DNA of 47,532 nt from a virus (Duplodnaviria; Heunggongvirae; Uroviricota; Caudoviricetes). Position numbers and translations under genes: made by a program. The stretch covers positions 1 through 47,532 of the IMG/VR virus record IMGVR_UViG_2690316161_000023. One strand, given 5' to 3'. Shown in pieces: positions 20,396-30,232 of this stretch. Below the pieces are notes generated by a model. The model was not told the DNA's origin. It ran no database searches and was given only the letters and a program-made list of their open reading frames with translations. Position 1 is the first letter of the stretch. Each line of letters begins with the position of its first letter.

Positions 20396-21337
20396 TTAAA
20401 TGCCATCAACGTACGAAATGGTTTCTTTGTACACTGGCTCAACCGCACCCAGCTTGCCGTAGTAAGTGACGATCTGATACAGACTGCGATACTGCACCGG
20501 CACGCTCTGAAGCGGAACCAGCGGGTAGCGGACGTATTTTTTATCGTTGGTATACGCAACCATGCGATCCTTTTTCCCCACACCACGGCCTTTCAGCCAT
20601 TTAACCGCGCGGATATTCAGCGGAACACCGTTCTGGTGATAGCTGATGGTGTTGGTCTGAAGGTACGTCAACAGGGACTGGTTACCCGCAGATGAAACGA
20701 TGATGCTGGACAACAGAGCAAACTGCTCAGGTGGGATCAGCAAATCACTCGGAACCACAGAGTAACCGGAAGCGGCCCACGCATCAGACAGCACCTGGTT
20801 AATGCTTGCGCGGATTTCGTCCGGTGTTGAGGTTGCCCACGTTTTGGCAGCGTTGTTGACAGGCACGCCGTCCAGGGTAACAAGGCCTTTCAGGTTTAAT
20901 GCTGAATCGCCAACATATACCTGTTCATCGTTATCCATCTGCCATTTCAGTTGCATCCCGTCATACTTCTGCGTATCAATCGGGCGTCCGACCTGCTGAG
21001 CAGCCTGCAATTCTATGACCGTCCAGCCAAGTTCCATCCCCCACAGGTTCAGCGGGTTACCGGATTTGCCGATATCCACGTTCACGCCAGCAATAGCGGT
21101 TGAGTCTTTGCCTACCCAGTTTTTGCCATTCGGATTTGCGCCAGTACCCGCAGCGGCGAAGCTGGTATTCGTCCAGCTGGAAATGTCATCTGCGATGGAG
21201 ACATCTTCACGCAGTTGGATATCGCGGGTCCAGGTGTACCCCACCAGTGGCAGGTTCAGCGTCTGGTCGAGTCGTTCCAGCTCCCCGATGAGAAAGGCAC
21301 CAGAGCTGTCAACGGTTGCCTGATCAAAAGTAATCAT
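20396..21337 (-). CDS. Major capsid protein
   Basis: 313-aa ORF after the protease/scaffold and decoration-like genes. Confidence 0.6.
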   Translation of the reverse strand: MITFDQATVDSSGAFLIGELERLDQTLNLPLVGYTWTRDIQLREDVSIADDISSWTNTSFAAAGTGANPNGKNWVGKDSTAIAGVNVDIGKSGNPLNLWGMELGWTVIELQAAQQVGRPIDTQKYDGMQLKWQMDNDEQVYVGDSALNLKGLVTLDGVPVNNAAKTWATSTPDEIRASINQVLSDAWAASGYSVVPSDLLIPPEQFALLSSIIVSSAGNQSLLTYLQTNTISYHQNGVPLNIRAVKWLKGRGVGKKDRMVAYTNDKKYVRYPLVPLQSVPVQYRSLYQIVTYYGKLGAVEPVYKETISYVDGI

Positions 21338-21348
21338 TCGTCTGTTCC

Positions 21349-21855
21349 TTAAATCTTCCAGGAAATTTCTGCATTGCCGTTAGCATCACCGGCACCTGTG
21401 AATTCAGCGTTGGTCAGCACCACGTTTTTGCCACTGACTGACGTGGCCATGAATCCACCCAGCGGCACTTTGATGGATGCATCAGTGGAGACGACAACGT
21501 ATACCGGGTCGCCTTTTTTGATGGTGCTGGCATCAAAATCAGAACCGAGATTAACGGTCACGTAGCCACGCTTCATGGCGTCGCCCGGGAAGTTCTTGCC
21601 TGTTCCCACCTGGCGAACCATGTCCGGCTGCGACGTGGTCGGATAAGGGCGCACGTAGATCCCCTTCACCTTGTCTGCGGTATCACCATCTGCCAGCGGC
21701 ACGAAAAAACCGTCATCATCGTATTTACCAGCCAGGCCATAGGCAGCGAAGGCGTTATCGGATTTAAGGACCACCGGTTCGACGGTTAAGTCCTGCGGGC
21801 GAGAGACAGCCCCGGCAATGCCAACAGGCATCCGGTACAGAAATACATTATTCAT
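21349..21855 (-). CDS. Putative head decoration or scaffold protein
   Basis: 168-aa ORF between the protease/scaffold and capsid genes. Confidence 0.4.
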   Translation of the reverse strand: MNNVFLYRMPVGIAGAVSRPQDLTVEPVVLKSDNAFAAYGLAGKYDDDGFFVPLADGDTADKVKGIYVRPYPTTSQPDMVRQVGTGKNFPGDAMKRGYVTVNLGSDFDASTIKKGDPVYVVVSTDASIKVPLGGFMATSVSGKNVVLTNAEFTGAGDANGNAEISWKI

Positions 21856-21858
21856 TTT

Positions 21859-23079
21859 TTACCCTTTACGGTTTGCCCAGAATTCAGCGTTTTGTTTGTT
21901 CAGGGAAGCGATACTGGTCATGCCCATGTTTAGGCGCTGTGCATCGCCGGTGGTGGCGCGGGTGTTTCGCCCTTTGGCAATCTCAGACACGGCATTAAAC
22001 GCCATGTCGACCGATTGTTTCGGCAATTTGCGGATATCCGCATCACCGACGATCTGGCGAACCAGCGTTTTATCTGCGGAAGCCAGAACCTCGCGTTTGA
22101 ACTCGGTCGGTTTCATCTTACGGCTCAGATCGATACCCGGAACGATAACTTCGGCACGCCAGGCTGAGTCACCAGTAATCGTGGTTTCCTCTTCATCGTC
22201 CTCGCCGTCACCGGTCGGATTATCGTCAGGCTTATTATCGTTATCGCCCGTGGCATTTCCTTCCAGCTTAGCCAGCAGGGCTTTCAGTAATGTTTTGAGG
22301 TCATCATCACTGTCGCCGGTTGGACCTCCACCCATCTCTGGTGCTTTGTCCGGTAGTGGTTGCTGCGGGGACAGGTTGATGTTGAGATTAACGCCCTGCG
22401 GCAAATCCCCCTCATCTCCTGTAACCGATGCGGGAGCCGACTCCACCAGTTCGTTCATGGTGTCGGCATCTCCTGTCTTGATGGCTGCGCGCATGCGGTT
22501 CCACCAGTTTTTCTTTTGATTTGCCATTGTGTCTCTGTCTCCAATTGCACAACGATTTCCGGCTCTGCCTTTGGGGACAAGAGCCACATGGTTTCCGGTA
22601 ATATCGACCTGCTCGGCTTTACCTGGCTCGGTCTGCTCGTACTCCGCGTCATAGCCGCACGACACTTCACGCAGGCCATCTTCGATAAGCTGAATGGCGT
22701 TTTCGTCTTTGACGATAAGGTCAGCCAGCATCAAATCAGACTGCTCACCCGTCCCGCGCCGGACATTCTGGAGGTGCCCGACAGCAAGCTCTTTCCAGTT
22801 CTCGGGATTTACCAGCCGCACATTCCCGTTTTCATCTTCAGGATGCAGGATCGTGATGCTCATCCCTTCGAATGAGGCAAGCGTGGCCGGATGGAATACC
22901 TGCTCAGGAGAACGTGTGACGACTATTTCACCGAACTTATCGGGTTTCAGTTTTGGCAGGTCATCAGCACCATAGAGCTGCTTACCTGTTCGTCCTATCG
23001 GCACGTCTTTGCACAGCAACGAGCCGTCAGCCAGCTGGTAGCGGGTTTCTCCCAGCCGGGTATTGAAAAAATATTTCAT
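21859..23079 (-). CDS. Putative prohead protease/scaffold protein
   Basis: 406 aa with an acidic, low-complexity central region; sits between the Mu F-like and capsid genes. Confidence 0.45.
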   Translation of the reverse strand: MKYFFNTRLGETRYQLADGSLLCKDVPIGRTGKQLYGADDLPKLKPDKFGEIVVTRSPEQVFHPATLASFEGMSITILHPEDENGNVRLVNPENWKELAVGHLQNVRRGTGEQSDLMLADLIVKDENAIQLIEDGLREVSCGYDAEYEQTEPGKAEQVDITGNHVALVPKGRAGNRCAIGDRDTMANQKKNWWNRMRAAIKTGDADTMNELVESAPASVTGDEGDLPQGVNLNINLSPQQPLPDKAPEMGGGPTGDSDDDLKTLLKALLAKLEGNATGDNDNKPDDNPTGDGEDDEEETTITGDSAWRAEVIVPGIDLSRKMKPTEFKREVLASADKTLVRQIVGDADIRKLPKQSVDMAFNAVSEIAKGRNTRATTGDAQRLNMGMTSIASLNKQNAEFWANRKG

Positions 23080-23093
23080 GGGTTACCTGCGAT

Positions 23094-23867
23094 TCAGGCG
23101 GGATAAGATTGGGAGGTGGGAAAAACGATTTCTTTATAACAGCGACAATTCGGGAGCTCGCCAGCATGACCTGTCATGCCGTCAAGCGTTGGAGGTTTAC
23201 CCCATTCGACAAATTTACCTTCCATTTCCTGATGAGAATGCCTGACGTCACCATCTTCGGCTGTACGCCAGATATAACCATTCGAACCAATTGACAGCGC
23301 ACGCGCCTGATCCAGCGCTCCGGTTGCACGTCCAAGTTCAGTACGGGCAATCAGGTCAGCTCTGGACTTTGCTATATCACCCGATGCGGCTATTTCTTTA
23401 GCAAAATGTTCCGCTCTCCCACCGGTAACAACAGCTTCTATCGCCCGATTCTGGATGTCGTACACCCTGTCAGCCGCCTCGAGGGGTAGCGATTTGATGT
23501 ACTTAACCTGTTCAGCAACGATGGATTTCATCACCTGCCCTGGAGGGGCACTGTTTACCAGATTGCGTAGCTCACGGCTGATGGTTTTGCTGTGTTTACG
23601 CCACTGCTCATCATTCTTGCGCACAATGTCGGCGGTAAAGTTTTCCGCGACCTTTGTCGCCCAGGGGGTGATGATTTCACTGTAGCGTTCCAGCGCCTCA
23701 ATAATTTCCGTGATACTGTCATTTGAACCATCGTAGCGACCATTTACGATGTCCCCGACCGCCCGCGCTATCCTGCGTAGACTGGTTCGATACCGGATTT
23801 CCGCCTGACGGTTCCTGCGGTTCGTCATCAGGTTCGCCGATGCCGGGCGGCGCTTCGTCTTCGGCAT
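23094..23867 (-). CDS. Head morphogenesis protein (Mu F-like)
   Basis: C-terminal NCRC motif typical of the family; follows the portal gene; true start probably internal. Confidence 0.6.
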   Translation of the reverse strand: MPKTKRRPASANLMTNRRNRQAEIRYRTSLRRIARAVGDIVNGRYDGSNDSITEIIEALERYSEIITPWATKVAENFTADIVRKNDEQWRKHSKTISRELRNLVNSAPPGQVMKSIVAEQVKYIKSLPLEAADRVYDIQNRAIEAVVTGGRAEHFAKEIAASGDIAKSRADLIARTELGRATGALDQARALSIGSNGYIWRTAEDGDVRHSHQEMEGKFVEWGKPPTLDGMTGHAGELPNCRCYKEIVFPTSQSYPA

Positions 23868-25185
23868 TCTCTATGTCCTCGTCGGTAATGGATGCCCCGA
23901 TGCCGGTTACGTCAGAATTTTCGCGCAAATCAGTCATAGCGGCTTTCAGTGTCATCAGACCATCACCCAGCGCTGTACTGATTGCGTTGGTGGTATTTAA
24001 CGCCACCGTTGAACGATCGACATCAGACATTTGCCAGAGCGGGTTAAACTCAAACGTGAAATCATCCGGGAGCGGCTTGCCAAGTTCCGAACGATGCATG
24101 ATGTCCAGTATCCGCCGCACCGGAAGACGTAAACGCCTCTCCTGCAACGAGCTTACCCGGTCGTAATAGTTGGCAAGGTCTGCATCGCCGGTAGAAAATC
24201 CCTTCGGTGACTGTCCGAACAACCGCACCAGTGGGATACCAACAGCGCCACTAATCTGTTCTGCAAACTGTGAAAGGATGTCATCCAGACCACTGAAGCT
24301 GTACTGATGGGTTTCAAACTTATCCCGCGAGTCCATGAGAGTCATGCCTTCATTGCTCTGGAACTGTCGAATCAGGTCAATATTCTTCAGCAACGCTTCA
24401 TACGCAGGACCACCAAGTGCGATAAGCTCGCGTAGTTTCTCCACGCTGTAGGTACGCAAATGCGCTTTGTAGACCAGCTGCGCCGCGCCGACAGTAGCGC
24501 TGTCGAACGCGGTAAGACGATCCCAGATACGCTCTACAACCGACATTCCCCATTCGTTCTCGGTCATCTTCTGCTGAAATGGCAGCGTGACGCCATCAAA
24601 GCGAATCAGGCGACTGTGATGAATGCGCCAGGCAGGAATTCCCGTTGCTGTGGTCACCACATCGTAAAACTCAGGTTTACCCAGGTCCGGCCCCATATCT
24701 TTAATGCGGCGGGTCAGTACCGGGTCGATCATCCAGCGGTCAAGCGGGAGAATCCCCTTAAACTTGCCCTTACCGATGGTTTCGGGTCGCAGCGGGGTCA
24801 TTGGTGCCTGCCCCTCAATCATGATGAAACCCACCGCGCCGCCGTAGAGGCGCGACCATTTCAGCACGTCATTCAGCGCATCCCAGATTTGCAACTCATC
24901 CAGTTGTGATTCGAGAATGCCACGATCTTTTGCATCAATTTCCGACGTGATGCGAATGCCTTTGCGGGTCATATCATCCGGGATAGCATCGACCGCTTCG
25001 CCGATGATCCAGGACGAACGATAGGACCATTCCACCAGCATGCGGTTACGACTGGTGAAATTAGCCCGGTAGGTGGATGCTGAGTGCTGGTTAGATGTCT
25101 GCATCCCTACGCGGGCAATAAAATTCTCATAACCATCAGCTGTGGCCTGCGCAGTTCGCCGCAGGGCTTGTTTGTTTCGTGCCAT
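23719..25185 (-). CDS. Portal protein
   Basis: 488-aa ORF directly after the large terminase gene. Confidence 0.6.
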   Translation of the reverse strand: MARNKQALRRTAQATADGYENFIARVGMQTSNQHSASTYRANFTSRNRMLVEWSYRSSWIIGEAVDAIPDDMTRKGIRITSEIDAKDRGILESQLDELQIWDALNDVLKWSRLYGGAVGFIMIEGQAPMTPLRPETIGKGKFKGILPLDRWMIDPVLTRRIKDMGPDLGKPEFYDVVTTATGIPAWRIHHSRLIRFDGVTLPFQQKMTENEWGMSVVERIWDRLTAFDSATVGAAQLVYKAHLRTYSVEKLRELIALGGPAYEALLKNIDLIRQFQSNEGMTLMDSRDKFETHQYSFSGLDDILSQFAEQISGAVGIPLVRLFGQSPKGFSTGDADLANYYDRVSSLQERRLRLPVRRILDIMHRSELGKPLPDDFTFEFNPLWQMSDVDRSTVALNTTNAISTALGDGLMTLKAAMTDLRENSDVTGIGASITDEDIENAEDEAPPGIGEPDDEPQEPSGGNPVSNQSTQDSAGGRGHRKWSLRWFK

Positions 25186-26696
25186 CAGGCCTGTCTCCCC
25201 AGCTGTTCCCAGATATCCAGCGATGTATCAATTGGCGCGAAGGCCATAATGAATGCGTCAGCAACGTTTGGTGACGGTATCTCGCGTTTTGCGAGGTCTT
25301 TTTTACTTTCGACCATCACACGTCCGTTACGGTCAAAATCGCGATGAGGTGTTGTCAGTTCCAGTTTCAGCTTTTCAAGCAACGGACAACGAGAATCTAT
25401 GCTGATCAGCTCATCCACAGGATACTGTTCTCCGTTGTTAATGGCGTTAAACGTATTTCTGAAACGGTCAGCCACCAGCCACCATGCCTGAGCCTTAAGA
25501 TTTGCGAAAAAGTCTTTGTTGGGGATGCCGTTGTATTCGTCATCTGGCTCATGCACACCAGCACTGGCGTTAAACCTCTGGTAATTCACACGTCTCGCGT
25601 ATGCATTCTCGCTCTTCCGGTCAGCGTTAATTTCAGAGAATTTAGCACCGGCAGACGCACCAACACCGATAGAGTCGTAAACAATATCTGCTTCACGCTC
25701 CAGCGCCGCCTGATAAGTACGCTGGCAGCTCTTCAGTAATTCATCTTCTTTGGCCTTCCATTCGTCGGCCCAGAAAACAACGGATCCGTGACGGTAAACG
25801 TTAGCGCACTTATCTGTACCACTGTCAGCCACGTCAAAGCCAATACGCTTTCTTCCACTGGGTTCGAAATTTAACGTTTTGTGCGCATCCACTGCGGCTT
25901 CTATCCAGGACAGTTTGATGATTGCCGCATCATCATCAGACTCCGGAACGCCCTCATACACATGTTTAAAACCATCCGGATCACGGCGTCGCGCCGCGTC
26001 GATAACCTTAAGCATGGTGTCAGACAGAAACGGATTTTCGTCATAGTTAATTTTGCGGATGAGAGTGCCTTCGGGCGGATCAACAACGAAGTTGCGCCAG
26101 ACGAAATCAGTAACAAGTCCGGGGTTGAATATGAACCAGCATTCCGACCCCTCTTTACGGATCGTTGGCTCCAGAATTTTCCACTGGTATTCCGTCAGTG
26201 CGTGGGCTTCTTCCAGCCACAACACATCGATCCCCTCCAGTGACTTAATTTCTTCGATGTTGCGCCATAATCCATAAAAAACAAATTCCGAGCCTGTAAC
26301 CCGGTTAATGATTTTGTTGTTCAGAATACGGAAACGGTGCCGCAGGCCAAACCTGTCTATCTGAATTTTGAGCAGGGTATACACCGACTCTTCGATTTTA
26401 TTCTGGATCTGGCGGGCACAACAAAAACGCAGGGTGTATTTATTCGACAGAAATATGGCAATGCCAGCGGCATCCCATGATTTTGACGATGACCGGCCAC
26501 CATAAAGCACTTTGTTACGTGCCCGCGTAGTCCAGAAACTACGTAAAGCCGGATTAAGCGTCGGTTTGGATGTCAGAGTAGAAGTCATTGAGGTCACGCT
26601 CTCCATTGCCATCATCAATACCTGCATCACGGCGAAGACGATCAGCCTCCAGAGACACCTTATCAGTGGCGGCCTTGCGGTAGGCTGTATCAGCAA
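25185..26696 (-). CDS. Terminase large subunit
   Basis: 503-aa ORF following the small subunit gene; true start probably an internal Met near 26588-26609. Confidence 0.75.
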   Translation of the reverse strand: MLIQPTARPPLIRCLWRLIVFAVMQVLMMAMESVTSMTSTLTSKPTLNPALRSFWTTRARNKVLYGGRSSSKSWDAAGIAIFLSNKYTLRFCCARQIQNKIEESVYTLLKIQIDRFGLRHRFRILNNKIINRVTGSEFVFYGLWRNIEEIKSLEGIDVLWLEEAHALTEYQWKILEPTIRKEGSECWFIFNPGLVTDFVWRNFVVDPPEGTLIRKINYDENPFLSDTMLKVIDAARRRDPDGFKHVYEGVPESDDDAAIIKLSWIEAAVDAHKTLNFEPSGRKRIGFDVADSGTDKCANVYRHGSVVFWADEWKAKEDELLKSCQRTYQAALEREADIVYDSIGVGASAGAKFSEINADRKSENAYARRVNYQRFNASAGVHEPDDEYNGIPNKDFFANLKAQAWWLVADRFRNTFNAINNGEQYPVDELISIDSRCPLLEKLKLELTTPHRDFDRNGRVMVESKKDLAKREIPSPNVADAFIMAFAPIDTSLDIWEQLGRQA

Positions 26697-27303
26697 ATAT
26701 CTTTCCTACCGTCGCAAGCGTGCCAACGATGGACTCAATACGAACTGTATTGCGCATCATTGCTTTCTCGGCGGCGCTGATATTTTCCATCAGCATCTTC
26801 CTTTCCTGGTCCCCACTAGCATCTTCCAGCGACACCAGCCACCGACCAATATTCTCTGCAGCGACAAGGTTGTTAGCACGAAGGCGAAATAATTCGTCCT
26901 CGAGCGTCAACGCTTTAGCGTCCTCTATCACCTCATCTTTGAGCAGAAGGCGACGGGCATAACCACCGTGTTTTAATGCCTGCTGGTTACCGGGTTGGAA
27001 TGGGTTAGTCGGGGGATCGGTACGCATTCCGCGTATCGGTTTCGTATCCAGTGTAGGTTCTGTTTTTAGTTGCGTACCTTTTTGTGTAAGGCCAGTAATG
27101 GCAGGCTTTCTGCTGGTACGCACTTTTCTTTTTTGCGTACCATTTTTGCAAACCTGCGTACCGCCACTGCGTACCCAACCAAGCTTTTTGGCCCTCTTCC
27201 TGATAGCCCCTTCTGTAACGCCGTATTTCTCGCCTATATCACGGAGGCTAAGGACTCCGGCCCGGTATGCCGATTCGATGGCCTCCCAGTCCGGTTTTGC
27301 CAT
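26554..27303 (-). CDS. Terminase small subunit
   Basis: N-terminal HTH-like segment (LSLRDIGEKYGVTEGAIRKRAKKLGW); first gene of the packaging module. Confidence 0.65.
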   Translation of the reverse strand: MAKPDWEAIESAYRAGVLSLRDIGEKYGVTEGAIRKRAKKLGWVRSGGTQVCKNGTQKRKVRTSRKPAITGLTQKGTQLKTEPTLDTKPIRGMRTDPPTNPFQPGNQQALKHGGYARRLLLKDEVIEDAKALTLEDELFRLRANNLVAAENIGRWLVSLEDASGDQERKMLMENISAAEKAMMRNTVRIESIVGTLATVGKIFADTAYRKAATDKVSLEADRLRRDAGIDDGNGERDLNDFYSDIQTDA

Positions 27304-27360
27304 GAATTTTTCCTCTTAGTGACATTATCGAAGCCCCTTATCAAAGGAGCTTCTGTAATG

Positions 27361-27573
27361 TCAGTCCCGAACAAACGTAACCTTCGTGTTTGTCGCTCGC
27401 CTTACAAGGCGCGCCGCTTCGCGTTGCATTTCATCGATAACTTTTTGCGTCATCGGCTGATGCGCATATTTACGTTCAATCTCTGCAAAAATTCCGTTCA
27501 TCGTTTCGCTGTCTGGTGGGATAACTTCAACGTTTAATCGTGCCATTGGTTTGTGCTGCCCTGTTTTTCTCAA
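27361..27573 (-). CDS. Small hypothetical protein
   Basis: 70-aa ORF between the spanin and terminase genes. Confidence 0.3.
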   Translation of the reverse strand: MRKTGQHKPMARLNVEVIPPDSETMNGIFAEIERKYAHQPMTQKVIDEMQREAARLVRRATNTKVTFVRD

Positions 27574-27805
27574 AAGTCCTGATATCGGCCTTATCCCTGT
27601 TGCACTGTGCTAACGCTGACAGCAACGCAACATTCAGGTTAAGGCTGGCTCCCCACGTAAACGGGTCGGGTAAATCTGGCTGGGGTGTTTCATCCGTCAG
27701 ACTGGCTGGTAACGGAACGACCGGCACCGACACGTATACCGTTCGCGTATTCGTGCAACCGCTTAACTGCGCCAGAAGGAACGATACGAACAGCGCAATC
27801 ATCAT
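27527..27805 (-). CDS. o-spanin (Rz1-like outer-membrane lipoprotein)
   Basis: Second-frame ORF overlapping the 3' end of the Rz-like gene; signal peptide with lipobox LSGC; proline-rich. Confidence 0.6.
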   Translation of the reverse strand: MMIALFVSFLLAQLSGCTNTRTVYVSVPVVPLPASLTDETPQPDLPDPFTWGASLNLNVALLSALAQCNRDKADIRTFEKNRAAQTNGTIKR

Positions 27806-28082
27806 CCGCAACAGCCACTTTGATATCTTCCTGGGTTCTCTGTGACTCCAGTGCGATCTGCTGTTTTGCATGCTGGTTAGCCTCTATAACTGTATTGATG
27901 ATTTGCAGTGATTGCAGGACGTTACTGGTAATGGCTGTTGCAGATTCAGCATTTCGTACAGCCTCATCAGCACGCTCCTTTTCGTACTGATATTTGCTGT
28001 AGTAATGCCCGGCATACCAGATAAAAGAACCGATGACGGTAACAAAGAAGGCAACAATAACCAGCTTATATCTCAGCTTCAT
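27690..28082 (-). CDS. i-spanin (Rz-like)
   Basis: 130 aa; N-terminal transmembrane helix then coiled-coil-like segment; directly after the endolysin gene. Confidence 0.65.
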   Translation of the reverse strand: MKLRYKLVIVAFFVTVIGSFIWYAGHYYSKYQYEKERADEAVRNAESATAITSNVLQSLQIINTVIEANQHAKQQIALESQRTQEDIKVAVADDDCAVRIVPSGAVKRLHEYANGIRVGAGRSVTSQSDG

Positions 28083-28542
28083 TTACCACCCCACCAGCTT
28101 CTTTAAATCGGGAAATCAGGTCACCGATTCTATGTTCATACTGACCGTAACCTGCACCAGGTAACGACGCCCAGATATTGCTGCAACGGTCGATTGCCTG
28201 ACGAATATCGCCACGGTCAATCATCGGTAAAGCGCCACGCTCTTTAATCTGCTGCAGCGCTACAGCATCCTGACTTTCTGGGGAATAATCTTTCAGGCCA
28301 AGTTGCTTGCGGTAGGCATCCCACCAGCGAGAAAGAAGCTGGTAACGTCCGGCGGCTGTTGATTTGAGTTTCGGATTTAGCGTGACAAGTTTGCGGGGGT
28401 GATCGGAGTAATCAGTGAACAGTTCGCCACCGACAATAACATCATAACCGTGATTTCTGGTTTTCTGCCGTCCGTTATCTGTTCCTTCTGACCATGCCAC
28501 CATATCAAGGAAAGCTTTACGCTGGGAATTAAGTGTCTGCAT
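28066..28542 (-). CDS. Endolysin (lambda R-like lytic transglycosylase)
   Basis: 158 aa closely matching recalled lambda R (NSQRKAFLDMVAWSEGTDNGRQKTRNHGYDVIVGG...). Confidence 0.85.
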   Translation of the reverse strand: MQTLNSQRKAFLDMVAWSEGTDNGRQKTRNHGYDVIVGGELFTDYSDHPRKLVTLNPKLKSTAAGRYQLLSRWWDAYRKQLGLKDYSPESQDAVALQQIKERGALPMIDRGDIRQAIDRCSNIWASLPGAGYGQYEHRIGDLISRFKEAGGVVNEAEI

Positions 28543-28545
28543 TAA

Positions 28546-28905
28546 TTACTCCTTATGGACACCGAACTTGTTACCGATGACCCTCATTGCCGCACCACGA
28601 ATAGCATCGACACCAATCAGCCCCACCCCACCACCAATGGCAACAGAAAGTGATTTAGGCCATCCGACATACTCAAGCGCGGATGCAAAGGTCAGCGTCA
28701 GGGCACCACAGAGCAAAATCTCAAGCGTTTTTCGTTTCCAGCCCCCACCACCGCCAAAATAGGCGATGCGCAAACCAGCCATAACGATCGACATAATCAC
28801 TGCACCCAGCGGTGTGTCTCCACGCCACCAGCTCTGAAACAACTCCAGCCAGTCCGGCCAGGTATTTGGGTTATGAGGCATTTCATCATCTCTCACCTCG
28901 CACAT
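28546..28905 (-). CDS. Putative holin
   Basis: Small protein with hydrophobic helices immediately upstream of the endolysin; start uncertain. Confidence 0.55.
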   Translation of the reverse strand: MCEVRDDEMPHNPNTWPDWLELFQSWWRGDTPLGAVIMSIVMAGLRIAYFGGGGGWKRKTLEILLCGALTLTFASALEYVGWPKSLSVAIGGGVGLIGVDAIRGAAMRVIGNKFGVHKE

Positions 28906-29260
28906 ATCGCGGGTGCAAATTGAGGGAATAAAAAATCCCCGAATATTCCAGGAGCGGAAACGGGGAAAAGCGTTGCACTAAATGGGCCTGTCTGCGGCCT
29001 TAAATAAAAAAACCCCGGCAAATGCCGAGGTCAGTTAATCGTTGCCGCTGTTAGTGCTGCGGTGCACTATCTCTTTATCAGGCTACTTACGCGTTAAACC
29101 GGGTGCCAACCGTAACTCAGTGATGCTTTACGCTTCCTCTCCCTCACTACGTCGCCATGGGAGCCCGACCAGATTAACGCTGTCGTCACGTTGCCAATAT
29201 ATGGCATCCAATGCATTCTTTTTATTTAGCTATTTCATTTTTCTATCCGTCAGAAACAAC

Positions 29261-29300
29261 AAAACCCGCTCAATGGCGGGTTCTGGTAAAGTTCATGCGC
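29261..29300 (-). terminator. Rho-independent terminator after the ORF6N-domain gene
   Basis: Minus-strand hairpin aacccgc-cattga-gcgggtt followed by ttgttgtttct. Confidence 0.5.
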
Positions 29301-29377
29301 TTGATTCGCCTCGCGATACAGCTTTGCGAAGCGTACCGGAATTGAAGCAGTTTATGTGCAAAAATGCAAGAACTTTT

Positions 29378-29959
29378 TTAAAGCTGCATCAACCTTTCCA
29401 CCAGTTTATCTCTGCGAACAACAAACCAACCATTGGCTCTCGCCAGTTCCAGCCATGACTCAAGGGAAATAACAATATCATCATCCCGCAACTGAATTGT
29501 GGAAACAGTGACACCGCCTCGCTGATAACAGAGAACTCGCGTGTCGTAACTTTTCTGGCATGAAACTGGCGCTGACGGATCCTTTTGTCTGAAATAGCAG
29601 TCTTCCAGCTTTTCGAACACATCCCACGCCTGATCGGTTTCGAGCATTTTGGCATGACGGGCTGCTCCGCGTTCTGTCCAGAGGATGAGGGAGCGGGCTT
29701 TCGGGGAAATTTGTAACCCTCTTAAAGATGGTTGCAAATTTTGTGAGTAGTTTAAAGCTACCCGCAAATTTTTCAGGGCATCACCAGCCACTTTGAAAAA
29801 ATGCTTTCCTTCAATAAAGCGCTCAGCATTTCTGGCGTAGTTATTTTGAATGTTCTTAACTTCAGCACCGTACAACTGCGCCAAAAGTTCGGTGGTAATA
29901 ACAGGAATCTGGTTATGGGTGATCGGGGAGAGAGTTTCAACAGAAATTTGAGTTGTCAT
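29378..29959 (-). CDS. ORF6N/KilA-N-like (antirepressor-type) domain protein
   Basis: 193 aa; N-terminus LAQLYGAEVKNIQNNYARNAERFIEGKHFFKV typical of the domain; lies between the late promoter and the lysis genes. Confidence 0.45.
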   Translation of the reverse strand: MTTQISVETLSPITHNQIPVITTELLAQLYGAEVKNIQNNYARNAERFIEGKHFFKVAGDALKNLRVALNYSQNLQPSLRGLQISPKARSLILWTERGAARHAKMLETDQAWDVFEKLEDCYFRQKDPSAPVSCQKSYDTRVLCYQRGGVTVSTIQLRDDDIVISLESWLELARANGWFVVRRDKLVERLMQL

Positions 29960-30114
29960 AATGACGCCCTCTGGTGGTTTCTAAACCATCACCACCGTCA
30001 GGTTCCTAATCATCGGGTGGTGAGACGTACAGGGTTAGGAACTACCGGGAAACCAACCGGCGAGCTTTTCAGCTCCCCCATACGCCCCACCATAATTCAG
30101 ATGTGCGCGTGCAT

Positions 30115-30232
30115 ACGACAATAAAAAACACGCTCGCGGCGTGTGTCTGTCGCGGTCTCTATCCGGGGTTCCTAATCCCGACGCCAGATTTTGCTGGCGC
30201 GTGAGGAATATAGCCCCGGATAACAGATTGAG
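30115..30232 (-). promoter_or_regulatory. Late promoter (pR'-like) with short leader and tR'-like terminator
   Basis: Minus strand TTGACT-18 nt-TATATT (about 30207-30226) just downstream of the Q-like gene; then hairpin acacgc-cgcgag-gcgtgt plus T-run (about 30121-30145). Confidence 0.55.

Noticed and set aside
28906-29377. tRNA genes between the ORF6N gene and the holin, as in Shiga-toxin phages
   Set aside because: No T-loop (GTTCGA-type) or cloverleaf-like signature seen by eye; not callable without a tRNA scanner.
29042-29458. 138-aa plus-strand ORF in the accessory slot
   Set aside because: It runs against the late transcript, crosses the minus-strand terminator hairpin and overlaps the ORF6N gene; probably non-coding.
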